A stretch of 60,505 nucleotides of DNA, filler included, from Bilabrum cf. latius (lineage: Eukaryota), in assembly GCA_965178125.1 (NCBI GenBank). It is 4 parts of 4 records of this genome, joined end to end, with 100 filler letters (N's around TTAATTAATTAA, not from the genome) between each part and the next. Parts side by side here need not be neighbours in the genome. Positions count along the whole stretch, not along the records: positions 15,457 to 30,646 come from CBCXTV010000057.1; positions 30,747 to 45,743 come from CBCXTV010000058.1; 2 more parts are not named here. One strand, given 5' to 3'. The stretch's first letter is position 1; each line of letters begins with the position of its first letter. Below the pieces are notes generated by a model. That model searched no databases and was not told where the DNA came from. It was given only the letters and a program-made list of their open reading frames with translations. Below are positions 22,301-35,467 of this stretch, piece by piece. Made by a program: the position numbers and the translations under genes.

Positions 22301-25300
22301 CGCAACATAGCCGGCGTAACCTGGAATGGGAGTCGTTCCGCCTGTGGGCGCCGCGCCAATCTGGGGCGGAATCGCAACGTCACCCGTTGAGACCGCCGCC
22401 TGTAGACGCCACCGCCTCAAATCCTGCGTAAGCAAGAGCGGGCGCTCCTTGGCCCTTCGGGCCAAGGCGATTCAGGCACCCGCAGAGGGCCAGCTGTACA
22501 ACGACGCAGCGGCGGCTGCCTCACGCCAAGCACAGCATGCCCCCGCACGACACCGGCACATGGAGAGAGCAACCACAACTGGACACTCCGGAGCACCACA
22601 CACCCCCCGAGGGCCCGAGAAAGCAACGGTGAGACCGACGAAGGTGAGACAATGACAACGAGCAAGCAACTCAGCGACGGGCGGGCGGGCGCGACGAACG
22701 GCCGACACAGAACAGAGGCGAACGAAGAAAAAGCGACGGGCAAGGGGCGCGCCGATAAGCGGGCGGGCGTGACAGACGGCCAACGCAGGCGCACATCAGG
22801 CCCACCCGGACGGGCGAGACCGAAAACCCACAAGACAAGCGAGAGCCGCCAGGCCGCCGACCACCACGTTGCTTTCCACGGTGGCCAGGGCCGCCAGCTC
22901 ATCGCGCCGCCCGGAGGACCGCCCTGGCCCGGGCCGACCTGACGGTCTCGCTGAGCACCTGGAGAGCAGAATCGGAGCCAAGTGGTCCGGGGTGGCCGGG
23001 AGGGCCATTTCCATCCGGAGGCCAGTGACGTCGCGCTGGCCGACGGCAACCGCCTGGTCTGCCTCGCGCGCCTCGGCCTCCGCCTTGGCGCGCTCCTAGC
23101 GGAGCTGCTCGACCTGTGTGCGAGCCGATCGCCCCGGGTCTTCTGAACCACGTCGACGCACTTCTGCGCCATGGCCAGCCGTTGCTGCAACGGGAACATA
23201 GCTGCCAGCCGATTGGCATAGGCCGCAATCCGGCCTTCGATCTCCTGGGCTAACTGGGCCCGGTTGCCAAAGAGGCGTCAGCTTGGCCCGCCAGAGCCCC
23301 TTTCCCCTTGGATAGCCGTTGGATCGCAGACTGCAGGGCCTTCTTCGCTTTGCGGGCCATCGCCCGGCACCGACGGAGTCGGCAAGCTGGCGAGAATCGG
23401 GTCTGGGCCAAGAGCAGCCGCGACCGCGGCCGGTGGTGGGCCGTGCCCCTCGGCCGCCGCACGGGGGGAGCGCGGACCCTTTGGGCAGCTAGCAACGCCG
23501 GCAGAGGTCGCGCTGGCGCCATTGGCCGCGAACCCAGAGCCGGCACAAGCCCAATGGGGTGGTGGGACAGGGCCGCCGCCGTGGGCTTGCCACCACCAAC
23601 TTCGGGCTGGCCATCGCCAGAACCCCCAACCTGCTTGAGCCGCTGCTGCTTCTTCCCTTCCTTCCCCTCGCCCGGGCCACCGCCCGAGGCCTGAGGAGTC
23701 TGGAAGGCCGCCAACTGCTGCTGGACCGCCGGCAGTTGGAGCAAAGCCAGCCGCTTCTGCAGCGCGGCGACCGCCCGGGGCGGAGGTGGGAGCTCCCCCA
23801 ACCACAGCATCAGGCGAGGAGGCAAAGGGTCGCTTGGGGCCACGTCCCACGGGGGCACTCAGCCCCGAGGCGAGACGCAAGGCGATGGACAGCGCTATCC
23901 AGCCAAGACCGGTCGCGGTCAGTGCACAGACCGGCGGAGCACCGGAGCAAGCGCCTATTGGCAGAGCGTGCCGCTCGCACTCGCCGGTGCCTCGCCGGCT
24001 CGGTCGATCGCCCGCGCGGGCTCCCGCGCAACCAGGACCGCCGAAGCCGCCATCGGCACCGAGGCACCGAAGCGAAAGCCGGGCCGATCGCCCAAGAGAG
24101 GCCGCCGAAGCAGCAACGGCGCCGGAACGCCGAGGGGATCGTCGCACGCGCCGCGCGCGCGGCGAGGCGAGAGGGGGGACGAGCGCAGCGCGCTCGCGCA
24201 CAGAGTGCTAGGGTCAACCCGAACTACCCAGGGGTCTCGGGCCCAAACGCCTATGCCCACGCGCACGAACACGCATGCAATCTGGCCCGCTCAATCCTTG
24301 GGGACGATCCACTGGCACCCAACCACACCTGTGCAATACTCTGCAGTGCACAATGCTCTCTGCCACCGACTCGCGCGCGCACGGAGGCTCAGACAGAGCT
24401 TGTGCCTCGAGAGCAGCGGCATTGTCGCCACCGAAGGGAACAGCTGCTGCGCGGCCCGACACTTCAACAACGAAGGCGTTCGTGGCGCCTGTGGGTCCTC
24501 TGGTCTGGGGTAGCAGAACCCCTCGCCCGGAATAAGGCGAAACCGAAGTCCCAAACACTCTGCCACCTTCTGCGGCCAAGCATCTTCCAAGAGGTCCGGA
24601 AAGAGCGGCAGAATTGGATCGTCTGAGGCCCCACCTGGGCATGAGCATGATTGCCGCGTGCCGGGAGAGGTCGAGCCTCTCCCGAGACCCCCGGGCAAGT
24701 CATTCGCTGGTGCGATGTCCGAGCCCGCGTCCAGACGAGATGGCGTTTGGCATCACGGCGATCGCAGAAACAGAGTCCTCGCGCCGCGGCATCCACAAAG
24801 CGGGACCCTCACCAGATTACGAGTCAACACCGGCAAGTGCTCGACGCGACAGCGTCTCGCAATTGTCTCAACTTTGGCGACCCTGCAGCGCCCGGAATTC
24901 GATTTTACGACTCCTGGCCGCATTCTACGACTCCTGGCCGCATCCGACAGCAAGTACCAACTCGCCACGAAGGATTGACATGCACGACAATTCTGTCTCA
25001 AAGGCGAGGGTGCAGAAGAGCTTGCTCCATTGCGCCACCATTCGCCGCCCCGGGATGATCAAGATGGTCGTTCAAAGGAAGACCTTTCTTTTTCGGCCGG
25101 AACCCTATCGGTGCAACTCCAACGCGCACGAAACGGCAAGCCTCCTCTGATGTTGAGATCTCTGGCCCCTGGCCTCTGAGGCCAAGTCGAGGTGCTTCGT
25201 GGTCTCGCCGCAGGGTCGGGCCGCGCTGCTGCATGCCTTGGTAGGGTTCCCGGCGGGCTCACTGTGGAACAACGAGCCCTACGTTTACAAGCGCCGCATC

Positions 25301-25814
25301 GAGAACGATGCCGGCGCCGCCACAACAAAAAACGCTTCGGGACGAACTCGTGCCTGGCGGCTGTGTCAATCCCCAACTCGTGACGGCCCTTGACTGTGCA
25401 CCGCATGTCTTCAGACATTACATGAGGCAAACTGAGCGCTTCCTCCCGAGGCCCCATGAGATCACCACTCCTCCTTTTGGCGAAGTCAAAAAGGTCTGCA
25501 GACGGCTGCGCACATGCCGACACCGCAGGAAGCTGTCATCCAAAATAAAAGCGGTCTTGCAAGAGTGTGCAGACCTTTGCCTTCGCTGGTTGCCCAAATT
25601 ATGCGCCTGCGAAGAGCTCGCCTTGTCGACGCTCGAATTCCCAGATGACTCTCAGCACGGTAAGGCCCCTACACAAGGCCCTCAAACTTAGCGCGGGGCA
25701 GTCTGCGGCAGCCGGACACGGATGCCCCATTCCCGCTCACGACAAAGCGCACACACGACCTTCGACTCGACTGGATCATGCAAACAGAGGCCGCGCAAGG
25801 CTAAGCAGAGACAA

Positions 25815-26633
25815 CAGAGGGGCGGGGGCGGCCCAGGCGCCCGGCTGCCCGCCAACCAGCACCGGGTCCCCGAAGACCGGAGGGGGGGGGCAACGTAGGG
25901 CACACCCACGGGGCGGGCGGGCGGGCGGGCGGGCGGGCGGCCGGGCGGCCGGGCGGGCGGGCGGGCGGGCGGGCGGGCGGGCGGGCGGGCGTGAAGATGA
26001 GAGGCGGGTCAAGGAAGGGGAAAGGGCTGGGGCCTGGGGCCTCACCTGCCTGGTTCCGAAAACATGGGAGGCCGAGCGGACGGGCCTCCGGGCCGCATGG
26101 CCTTGAAGCCTGGCCGCCCAGGGCCGAGCGGACGGGCCTCTGGGCCCTGGGGCTGCTGTGGAGTGCCGAGACTGCTCGTGCGAGAGGTGCCGCCAGCACG
26201 TACGGTCCCGCCAGCACGTACGGTCCCGAAGGACGGAGGTGCCGCCAGCACGTACGGTCCCGAAGGACGGGCTTCCCGGCCGCGCCCAACCCGTTCCGCG
26301 CCTGGCAAGGTTGGTTGGCGGCGGGTGCCCGACGAGTCGAATTGAGTGGGCGCATGGCTGGCGCTCTTGGCAGAGCCAACGCTCCATAGCCTGCTGCACA
26401 TATGCTCGCACATAAATAGTAGGACCGCACCTGCGAGTGGAGGCTCTGCTCGACGAAGTGAATGGGTGCCTCAAGTCTGAGTCTGCGCTTTGGAAGACGC
26501 TACGCCCCTCCGCAGGATGAGGACTTCATCGGGCACTTTCCCGAGCCTTGTCAGGGTCCTGGCACCGGCCGAGCCTTGATCCGCAGCGCGAACTCGAAAC
26601 ACAGACCTCATCCAAAAGTGCCCATCCCAAGCC
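25815..26633. repeat. ~0.8-kb diverged direct repeat, copy A (includes a (GGGC)n tract and 3x gccagcacgtacggtcccg)
   Basis: Aligns by eye with 29880-30646 (e.g. ggcaaggttggttggcggcgggtgcccgacgagtcgaattgag). Confidence 0.85.
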
Positions 26634-29600
26634 CGACAACGAAAAGGAGGCGAACAAAAACCGGAGCAACTGGGAAGAAGCACAAAAACATAATGATACA
26701 CACATGGCAACAGTCAAGGACACATGCCGGAATTGCAACTTCGGCAAAGGATTGGAGAAAAAAAACACGACACTCCGCTCAGAAAGATCTGCGAAGAAGC
26801 GAGGAGTCCGACAAAACAACATCTCAAATGGACATACAATACACCCAAGCCCCGCCTCAAACAAGGCTAGAAGATTGGCTTCAGTGTGAGCCCCAAAAAC
26901 AAGCGGTCACTGACAAGCCCGGGTTTCCAAATGCGGCGGGGGAGTATTCAAACAAGGCATGCTCAATCCGTGGATTCGATGCGGCCTCCGTTCGGCGTGT
27001 GTTACAACGGGGAATCGGCGTCTCCCCCTCCAGTCGCAGAGCGTACAGACCTATCGAACCCACCCGCATTGAGCAACCCGAAGGGCATGAGGACCCTCCG
27101 TCGATAGCCGAAAGGATACCAACACCACCGCGTGTAGTGCCCAAAGGATCACTCCGGCCTCGATCCCCCCGCCCGTTCCTGGGCCTTGGGCGCATTCGGG
27201 CAAAACGCCCAGGGCCCATATGCCCCTTGGGCCGCAAGGCCCGATGCGACCGGAGCCTTTTTGGCTCCAAATTCTAGTCGCGAAAACTCGGAGGTTGCCT
27301 CGAAACGCAACAATGCCAACCGTTGCGCAGGCCACACGCGGAAGGCATGAGGAAAAAGAGCATGAGCTGACTCAAGGGCACGCGAGTACATGGGAACGCT
27401 TCACCATAGCACGCAAGCAAGCGACGCAAAGGGCAACCGCAAGCAAGACACAAGGGTCAAGCGGACGAAGGCTTTTGCATGGAGCCGCTAGCTTACCAAC
27501 TCCTCCTCGAGATCCGACTTCACCGGAGTTCCCCATGCTTAGCTGCAAGGTCAGAGATACTGAGCAGCGCGCCTTCCCCTGGTCGCTGAGGTCCTCTACC
27601 GGACCCTTCAGGTCCATCGACGAGCCCCAAGGGCTGAGCCAAAAGCCCGAGACGACGGCCCATTGTGCAATGCGCGCAAGATCGCTGATCATGTGCGGTT
27701 GTGTACCTGCTGGGCGAGCTGTGCAGAGCTTGTAGGGTACAACATGCATCGAGGGCCGCGGACTCCTGCGGCTCGTCTCGTCAAGACATCTAGCCATCCT
27801 GCGGTGTCTGCTCCGCGTCACCCAGGACTTTCAAAGGAAAGGTCCCGCCGGTCGGAAACTCCAATTTGCCCTCAAGGGCGGGACACCTCTCACATGGACC
27901 GGCTTTAGCGCGGAAAGCCGAGGCGCACCATCGATGACGTGCTGATGCGAAGTGCGCGTCGCAACCGGGGACTTGAAGGGTTTGAGTCGCCAACAGAAGG
28001 CCGCCCATACCGAGTGTTGCCAATGTAGGTTGCCGATCTGGAGCCACTTCGGGGCCTTCCGCAAACCTCACAGAGCCCGACAACATCCGACGCGGGTGCA
28101 AGCTTCCTCGGGTCGGACACGGCTACAACAGTCGCAAGGACGTTCGTGAAAAGCGATCACTTACCCGTGGGGAAACCCGTTTGGAAGGGGCGGCGTCATG
28201 TGGGAAATCGGGGCAGACCCAGAAACTTCCAGGGATCAAACGTCACCAGAATGGCTGAGAGTCTTGTGTGATCGGGTCCCCGGCGCGCGAGGCCAAACGC
28301 CATCCTGTGCGGCCCTCCCGGGGGCGCAACATCTTCTTCAACACGCGACAACTGCGCCAGAAGCCACGTACGCCCAACTCAAAGCCGACCCCCCCCCCCC
28401 CCAATGGAGCCCCTGCTGAACGCTTCCGTCCTTTCGGCGACGACGAACGTGTCACCTGAGCGGAGGCATCTGCTCCACGCGGGTCTTGAATCCTTCCGCA
28501 AGTATTGTCCTTCCCGGTCGGTCTTGGCCCCGGGCCCCCGGCCCAAGCCCGGCCCAGGCAAGGACCCGGGCCCGGGCCCGGGGCCCCGCCTGCGGTACCT
28601 GGACTTCTGGAGGGATAGAAGACCAATCTCGCATGGCCGGCGCAACAAAGGGGGGCAGACGCGAAGGTCCCGGCGCTTCTGGGCGCTTCACGGGCCGGGC
28701 CTTGGGAGAGAGAGGACTCAAGCACGCTCCTGCGTGAGGCTTCAGATGCCCGGGGTGGGCGTCGAAATTCTTCGGTTGAGGCCGTGTCTCGCCCAAGCAG
28801 CCAGCCCGATCCCGGCCTCCACAAGGACATGACTTTTTTCTGTGCGAGGGGATGCCGTGCGGATGCATGCGTGCAGCTGTGTCCGACAGAGCGCCATCTA
28901 AGCTTTTCAGTGCCCCAGCCTAGTGGAGTGTCATTTGCGGATCCTGGGGCTCCGCTTGCCGGCGGCGGCCTTGCGCGAAGCTCGCGCGTATGCTGTGCCA
29001 TCGTTCCCGAGCACATCAAGCCGAGGGATGCCTCTGGGAAAGTGGCGGACTTTCGAGCGGTGCGTCGCCGCTGCCCCCCCCGCCTCCAAGCGGTCGGGAA
29101 GGGTCTTGAAACCCGGCGCACGCTCGGCCATACACGCATAACCCCCGCAAACAGCCTCGGCTCGCCAACCGAACCCCGACGGCTTGCAGAGGCGACAGTG
29201 TATGAACGCGCGCAGACTGCATGCGGCGCCTCGATCTGCAAAGTTGCGTCCACCGTGACTCTTCTCCCGAACATTCCAACCTCTCCCGCGACCGCTCTGC
29301 ACTGGCACCAAGCCACCGGACCTCCCGAATAAGCTGGAAATGTCTGCTGCTCAAGAAGCTAGCGCAAGCAAGAAGGCACTGATTGTCACTCGCCATAGGG
29401 CTCGAGAAATGCCTTGTTGAGGCGGTCGCGAAGATGACCTGCCGCGGAAAAGTCAAGACCAAAAATCCTTCGAACATCATCATGCTAAAGCAAGCCAGCA
29501 TTGTCTCGACGAATTAAAAGGTGTACGAGTCAAAGGGGCGATGACGATCATCGATCGAGGAAGAGGTCCTGCAAGCAAGGTGGGTTTTGATCACGAAAAG

Positions 29601-29879
29601 TTTGCCCACGCTGCGGGGGGAACTAGGCCGAAGTCGTCCATAGTCCGCCCCGGCACACACCACAAATTTCACCGCGCAATCTGCGTGGTTCCTCTTCTCT
29701 TCACCCCTTATCGCTGATCATCGCGGCAACACGACTTGTCGCAGCCCGCATGCGTCGTCTTGACCCGCCGGCACAGATCGCAATTGATGTCCGCCGCTCG
29801 AGGCCCGCCCGCAAGGCGGGAGCTGCCTCCCGAAGCGGTCCTCCACTGACTTAGACCGGCCCGAAATGTTCCCAAGCAG

Positions 29880-30646
29880 CAGAGGGGCGGGGGCGGCCCC
29901 GAGCACCCGGCTGCCCGCCAACCGGCACCGGATCCCCGAAGACCGCCGGGGGGGGGGGGCCAACGTAGGGCACCCACGGGGCGGGCTGGGCGGGCGGGTG
30001 GGCGGACGGGCGGGCATGAAGAAGAGAGGCGGGTCAAGGAAGGGGGAAAGGGCTGGGGCCTCGGGCCGCCTCACCTGCCTGGGTTCCGAAAACATGGGAG
30101 GCCGAGCGGGCGGGCCTCCGGGCCGCGGGGCCTTGAAGCCTGGCCGCCCGGGGCCCAACGCCCCGAACCTTGTGCGCCCCGGCCTCCGGGCCCAAGGGCT
30201 GCTGTGGAGTGCCGCGACTGCTCGTGCGAGAGACGTGGTGGGGCGGACGGAGGTGCCGCCAGCACGTACGGTCCCGAAGGGCAGGCTTCCCGGCCGCGCC
30301 CAACCCGTTCCACGCCTGGCAAGGTTGGTTGGCGGCGGGTGCCCGACGAGTCGAATTGAGTGGGCGCATGGCTGGCGCTCTTGGCAGAGCCAACGCTCCA
30401 TAGCCTGCTGCACACATGCTCGCACACAGACAGTAGGACCGCACCTGCGAGTGGAGGCTCTGCTCGACGAGTGAATGTGTGCCTCAAGTCTGAGTCTGCG
30501 CTTTGGAAGATGCTACGTCCCTCCGCAGGATGACGACTTCAGCAGGCATTTTCCCGAGCCTCTTCAAGGTCCTGGCACCGGCCCAGCCCTGATCCGCAGC
30601 GCGAACTTGAGCCACCGACCTCATCCAAGAGTGCCCAGCCCGGGCC
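29880..30646. repeat. ~0.8-kb diverged direct repeat, copy B (runs into contig end)
   Basis: Homologous to 25815-26633. Confidence 0.85.
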
Positions 30647-30746
30647 NNNNNNNNNNNNNNNNNNNNNNNNNNNNNNNNNNNNNNNNNNNNTTAATTAATT
30701 AANNNNNNNNNNNNNNNNNNNNNNNNNNNNNNNNNNNNNNNNNNNN
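30647..30746. other. Artificial contig linker
   Basis: N44-TTAATTAATTAA-N44. Confidence 0.98.
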
Positions 30747-30881
30747 GAAGACTGACATTTTGTATTTTTTGCCTCTACGTTGGTTCTTTTTCCTGCGTCA
30801 GTTCGTGTGCGGTGTGCTTCGACTGATGGGAATGTGCGTGCTTCCTGTTGACAACACGGGTGCTCTCCGAGCGGCGCCCGT

Positions 30882-31247
30882 TCAACCCTTCTGGGCTTTG
30901 GCTTTCGCTGTACGAGTCTTGACAGCCGTTGCGGAGACTGCGTCTCCGGAGGAGCCGGGTCGCGCCTGCGGAGGATTCTGTCGCATCCGCAGCACTCCGA
31001 CGAGATCCTCCTCGTTCAACTGACGCGCCTTACGCTTCAGTCTCGCCTTCCTCCTCTCTACGTTTTTGAGGTTCTTCGCGACCTGCTTTTTCAGGTCGCG
31101 CGCTTTGTTTTTCTCCGCTCTCATGCGGTCGATGTACTCGAGCAAAGTCTCAGAGTTCCCTACCGCTGCCGGAGGCTTTGGTCGGTCCGACGCCTCCGAC
31201 CTTGCCGGCGCCGCTTCTACCTCTTGCGCTTCTGCCGTGACCATCAC
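30882..31247 (-). CDS. Basic coiled-coil protein (copy 1; 5' part frameshifted relative to 53520-54011)
   Basis: LLEYIDRMRAEKNKARDLKKQVAKNLKNVERRKARLKRKARQL; conserved with the contig-4 copy. Confidence 0.65.
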   Translation of the reverse strand: MMVTAEAQEVEAAPARSEASDRPKPPAAVGNSETLLEYIDRMRAEKNKARDLKKQVAKNLKNVERRKARLKRKARQLNEEDLVGVLRMRQNPPQARPGSSGDAVSATAVKTRTAKAKAQKG

Positions 31248-33155
31248 AGCTTCTTCGCCTTTGTCGATGACGGCATCGACGGACGTGGCCCCAGGCGCAC
31301 TCCCGGGGATCGCGGCGGCGAGACGGTTCCGCGATCGCTGTCGGCGTCGCTGGCGGCGTCCTGGGTCGCCATGGCGCCGGTGTGCTGGGTTCTGGGACTA
31401 ACTCGGCTGACGCTGTCGCGGCCGCCGCGCGTCGGGTGGCAATAGGAGAACGCTCAGCCCGACGTCGGTATGTCATGCGATGCGCGCGTGGAATGTTATG
31501 CATTCGCGGGCCATGCAGCAGAGTTGCGAAAACAGCATCGATGTCGACAATGCTACGATCCGGGAAGAGACTTTGTAAATCATGGAACGATGGCCACTCA
31601 TGCACATCCTCGGGCACTGTTTGCCACTGCAGTAAGCTGAGAACGCGTTTTGACACACCTACTTGCGAGCCGTCAAGGCCATTGCTGTGGAATGCTTGAT
31701 CCCACGTGCGTCGTCGTATGACACGATCGAATGCCGCCAGCACGGCGTGGAAAAGCGCATGTGGCCATCGCTCGCGCGGCAACGCGCGCGCGATGCGGAG
31801 CTGACATTCATGTTCAATGGCGCGCTTGTAAATCGCGAAGACGTGCGTGTCGCAAGGCTGGAGCGCCCACGTCATTTTCGTGGGGATTAGATGGTAGTGG
31901 AAATTGAGTCGACTTGCCGTATGCCACACGGCGCGACCCAGGTGAGCTCGATACGTGTCCGCGCTAACAGTAAAATGATGCGTGTCTCGGAACGCATGGA
32001 GGGCATCCGCGAGCACGCGCAGCGCGCGACACATTAATTTGGTGGTCATCCACCCTTTGCGCCTCGCAAGAGAAGCACATTCGGAGGGAGCGCGAGGCGG
32101 AGGGCGTCAAATTGCTCGCGACTTACAATGCGGTCTGAGAAGAGGAATATGGTCGGCAAGTGCGGTTGGATGTCGCTGTTGTTGGCGATGAAGACGATCT
32201 GTGTGATCATGCTCCGCATCTCACGCTTCGGAGTCGGTTGACGCAAGCCTCCCGCTGCGCGAACTCGGCGTCGGGCCTCTTCCACAAGAAAACCTGCCTG
32301 TGAAACTGCCGTGAGCCGGATGCTCGTTTCGTCCATGTTCACGTGGACCGGGCACTTGTCCGGCGGCGCGAAGGCCCGCAAGAAGTTGCACCATTTCCAC
32401 ACCGCGCGTGCCTCGAAATTCGTTTTGGGCCGGTTTTTTACTCAAATTTGGGGGGCGTTTTCCGGGCCCAGAGTGTATTTGTTCTATATGTGAGGACTCC
32501 GAAACCAGGGCCGCTATATGGCCCCGTTTTGGGTTTTCTTCGTGAAACGTCGGATGTGTTTTTGCCACTGTCCGGTGGCCTTTAGGCGTCGTCGATCCAC
32601 ACATTCTGCATCGAGTCGAGGCACGGTTCCGAGCGACACCTGCCAGCGTCGCCGCCAGCGCCGGCACCACTGTCGGATGCTTTGTCTTCTTCTAGATGCC
32701 TCGGGTCCGGCTCCCGCGGATCGGTACCCGTGAGCCTGCGTAATCTCGAGGAAAACGTTCGTCGTCGGCGCGAGTGTATTGGCGAAGTTCTGCTCGTGAA
32801 CCCACCTGTGCAGATCATGTTCTCGCAAGAACCGCGATGTCATCGTGGCAGCTTGTAGACGCTCTGGCGTCCATGGACGTTGTTGCTCTCGGAGCACACC
32901 GTCTTCCGTAAGAGTAGCGTGCCATGCACGAAGATTTGCGATCGCGTCGTCAAGAGTCGGAGCCGGTGCATTCCACCACTTCTGGCGCAGATAAGCCTCT
33001 GCGGTGACGACGTCGACCAAGACCGCCAAAAATCGGGCGTGCCCCTCCAGTTGTGCTATGCGAGCTGTTTGCCGCCGGTGTTGCTCTCTGGCACGACGAA
33101 CTGCTTGCTGAAGCGCCCGCGTCGCGTTCGCGAGCGACGCGATTGTCGCTTCCAT
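31150..33155 (-). pseudogene. pogo/Fot1-type DD35D transposase, copy 1 (intron 32412-32579; 1-nt frameshift near 32053)
   Basis: NMDETS, SADTYRAH, LQPCD; GCAAAGGGTGG here versus GCAAAGGGGTGG in the intact copy. Confidence 0.82.
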
Positions 33156-33585
33156 GGCCCGAGTGTGGTGGTACGATTCGATCGTACACAGGCATATTAA
33201 GATGTGTCTCGAGCCGAGAGCAATGCGGGGGCGAGCCACTGATGGGAAGCTTCATGTCAAGGCCCATTTCCGACAGTGCGCTCGATCCTGAGCCCCCCTC
33301 CCGAACATGCGCCCGTGCGTTGGTGCATGGTATCGGTGTGTCGCGCGCACTTTTGTGCTGTCGTTACTCGGTCGGTGGTTCGTGTGCAGATGTCCGCACG
33401 CCCCTGCCGTGCGCGGTAGACTTGCGGGTGATTTCACTTTCCCGTAATTGCGTGCCGGAGCGATTATGTCTGATCGATTCTGCGATCATGCTGGGATCGA
33501 AATGAAGACGGCGACGGGCTCATTTCATCATTTCGATATGGTGGAGATGGGCACAGCCAAACTGTCGTTTCGCCAACGTCACCAG

Positions 33586-33940
33586 TGGGCGGGCGGGCGG
33601 GCAGGCGGGTGGGCGGGCGGGCGGGCGGGCGTGCGGGCGGGCGGGCGTGCGGGGGGGCGGGCGGGCGGGCGGGCGGGCGGGCGGGCGGGCGCGCGGGCGC
33701 GCGGGCCGGCGGGCGGGCGGGCGGGCGCTCGGGCGGGCGGGCGGGCGCCCGGACGGGCGGGCGGTCGCCTGCGCGGGCGGGCAGGCGGGCGGGCGGGCGG
33801 ACGGGCGGGCGGGCGGGCGGGCGCGGGCGGGCGGGCGGGCGGGCGCTTGCGGGTGGGCAGTCGGACGCGGTCGGGCGCGCGGGCCGGCGCGGGCGGGCGC
33901 GCGGGCGCGGGCGGGCAGGCGGGCGGGTGCGGGCGGGCGA
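33586..33940 (+). repeat. (GGGC)n low-complexity tract, G-quadruplex-prone (also 39533-39887, 45480-45743)
   Basis: Direct inspection. Confidence 0.9.
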
Positions 33941-34939
33941 GCACGCTTACCGCCAAACATAAGGAACGCTCGATTGCGCAACGGAGATACTGACGACATG
34001 AGACCACTTCATGCGCGGGACGGCTGAAGGCTCGTTTCCCGGCTGAAGATGGAGCCGCGATGGTTCCTTCCTCGGCTGACAATCTCGAAAGCATGTGCAT
34101 TGACAAACAAGCCTTGGCATCCCAGATCGTGTCACACCTTACATACGACCCATACGGTTCCGGATGCGCCCTGGGGTGGTCGGGGCTGCGGGACGGGAGG
34201 CCGGTGGGAGGGGAGGGAGGAGTATGTGGATGGGGGGGGCGGGTTGGTCGTGCGCGTGGGTGTGTCGGGGCGGGTGGGTGGGGATGAAGGTGGTGGGTCG
34301 ACGAGAGGGTTAGGACGGATGGTCGGGCGGGTGGTTGCCTGTGGATGATGTCGGAGCGCGTCACATGCGCTCGATCCAAGTCGGTTTCGCGCGCCGGAGT
34401 CGCGTAGCCGTGCTGGCGACGCACCGTCCGGTGAGGCGCGTGTTCCGTCCTCGCGCCTCGCTGCCGTCGACGGCTGCCCCGGCGGCAAAGGTGCCGGCCG
34501 GCGACTCCAGCGCGCGTGCAGCCCGTTCGCGTTCCGCAGTCGTGGTCCAATGCCGTCATTCGCAGCGTATCGGAACGCGACCTCAGTATGCTAGCGTGCT
34601 TGTCGCGAGCTCGCACACACATTCGCTGGCCGTCGCATGGTTTGCGCAGCATGGTCGGCTGTTACGCAAATCGGTTCTTTGTGCGGTCGCCGTCGCACTG
34701 ACATGAGAACGAATGCATCCTGACTGCTTGCGGCTCCTGACATAACCCGACAGTATTCATGCTGCGACCGGAACATGCGTGACCCAAAAATGCCCGACAA
34801 GCCGGATGATTGTGGAGCGCCGAGTTCGGCTCTCGTGCGGTAGCGGATCCAATAGTGGTATGGAAGATCTGAGCGTTTTGCATCATCGGGCCTTTCCCGT
34901 GCCTCGTGCGAATCGGCTACTCGAAACGACTCTGGGCTG

Positions 34940-35257
34940 CTCTCTCAGAGCGCTCTCTCAGAGCGCTCTCTCAGAGCGCTCTCTCAGAGCGCTCTCTCAG
35001 AGCGCTCTCTCAGAGCGCTCTCTCAGAGCGTTCTCTCAGAGCGCTCTCTCAAATCGCTCTACCAGATCGCTCTCTCAGAGCGCTCTCTCAGAGCGCTCTC
35101 TCAGAGCGCTCTCTCAGAGCGCTCTCCCAGATCGCTCTCTCAGAGCGCTCTCTCAGAGCGCTCTCTCAGAGCGCTCTCCCAGATCGCTCTCTCAGAGCGC
35201 TCTCTCAGAGCGCTCTCAGAGCGATCTCTCAGAGCGCTCTCTCAGAGCGCTCTCTCA
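34940..35257. repeat. 13-bp minisatellite (CTCTCTCAGAGCG)n, about 24 copies
   Basis: Direct inspection; translates as SLRALSQSALSER repeats. Confidence 0.95.
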
Positions 35258-35424
35258 CAGCCCAAATTCGTCCTCTACTGCGCGCGGATTCTCTGACCCC
35301 CCCCCCGCCCCGGGGATAGGAAAGGGGGACCAGACTTGGGGCCGCAGGAAGGTGACGAATCCGCGGCGCCTATTTCAGGACCGCGAGCCTGGTTTTGAGA
35401 CCGTTTCCGGCCCAGGAAAATGGA

Positions 35425-35467
35425 CACGAAAAAGTGAAGCCCGACAGTCGGGCTTCACTTTTTCGTG
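35425..35467. repeat. 43-bp palindrome (21-bp arms, 1-nt centre)
   Basis: cacgaaaaagtgaagcccgac-a-gtcgggcttcactttttcgtg; also at 41372-41414 and 59760-59802. Confidence 0.95.

Noticed and set aside
23201-23226. Twelfth copy of the hairpin core (ccagccgattggcata)
   Set aside because: Different contig, GA/GA pairs lost, no convincing outer stem.
15546-30646. Many short overlapping ORFs in contig 2 as genes
   Set aside because: Expected by chance in GC-rich DNA; no coherent domains beyond weak retroelement remnants.
33448-34652. RAGG/PPAR-repeat ORFs here and at 39.4-40.6, 50.2-51.4, 57.0-57.7 and 59.0-59.4 kb
   Set aside because: Translations of (GGGC)n tracts that are open in many frames.
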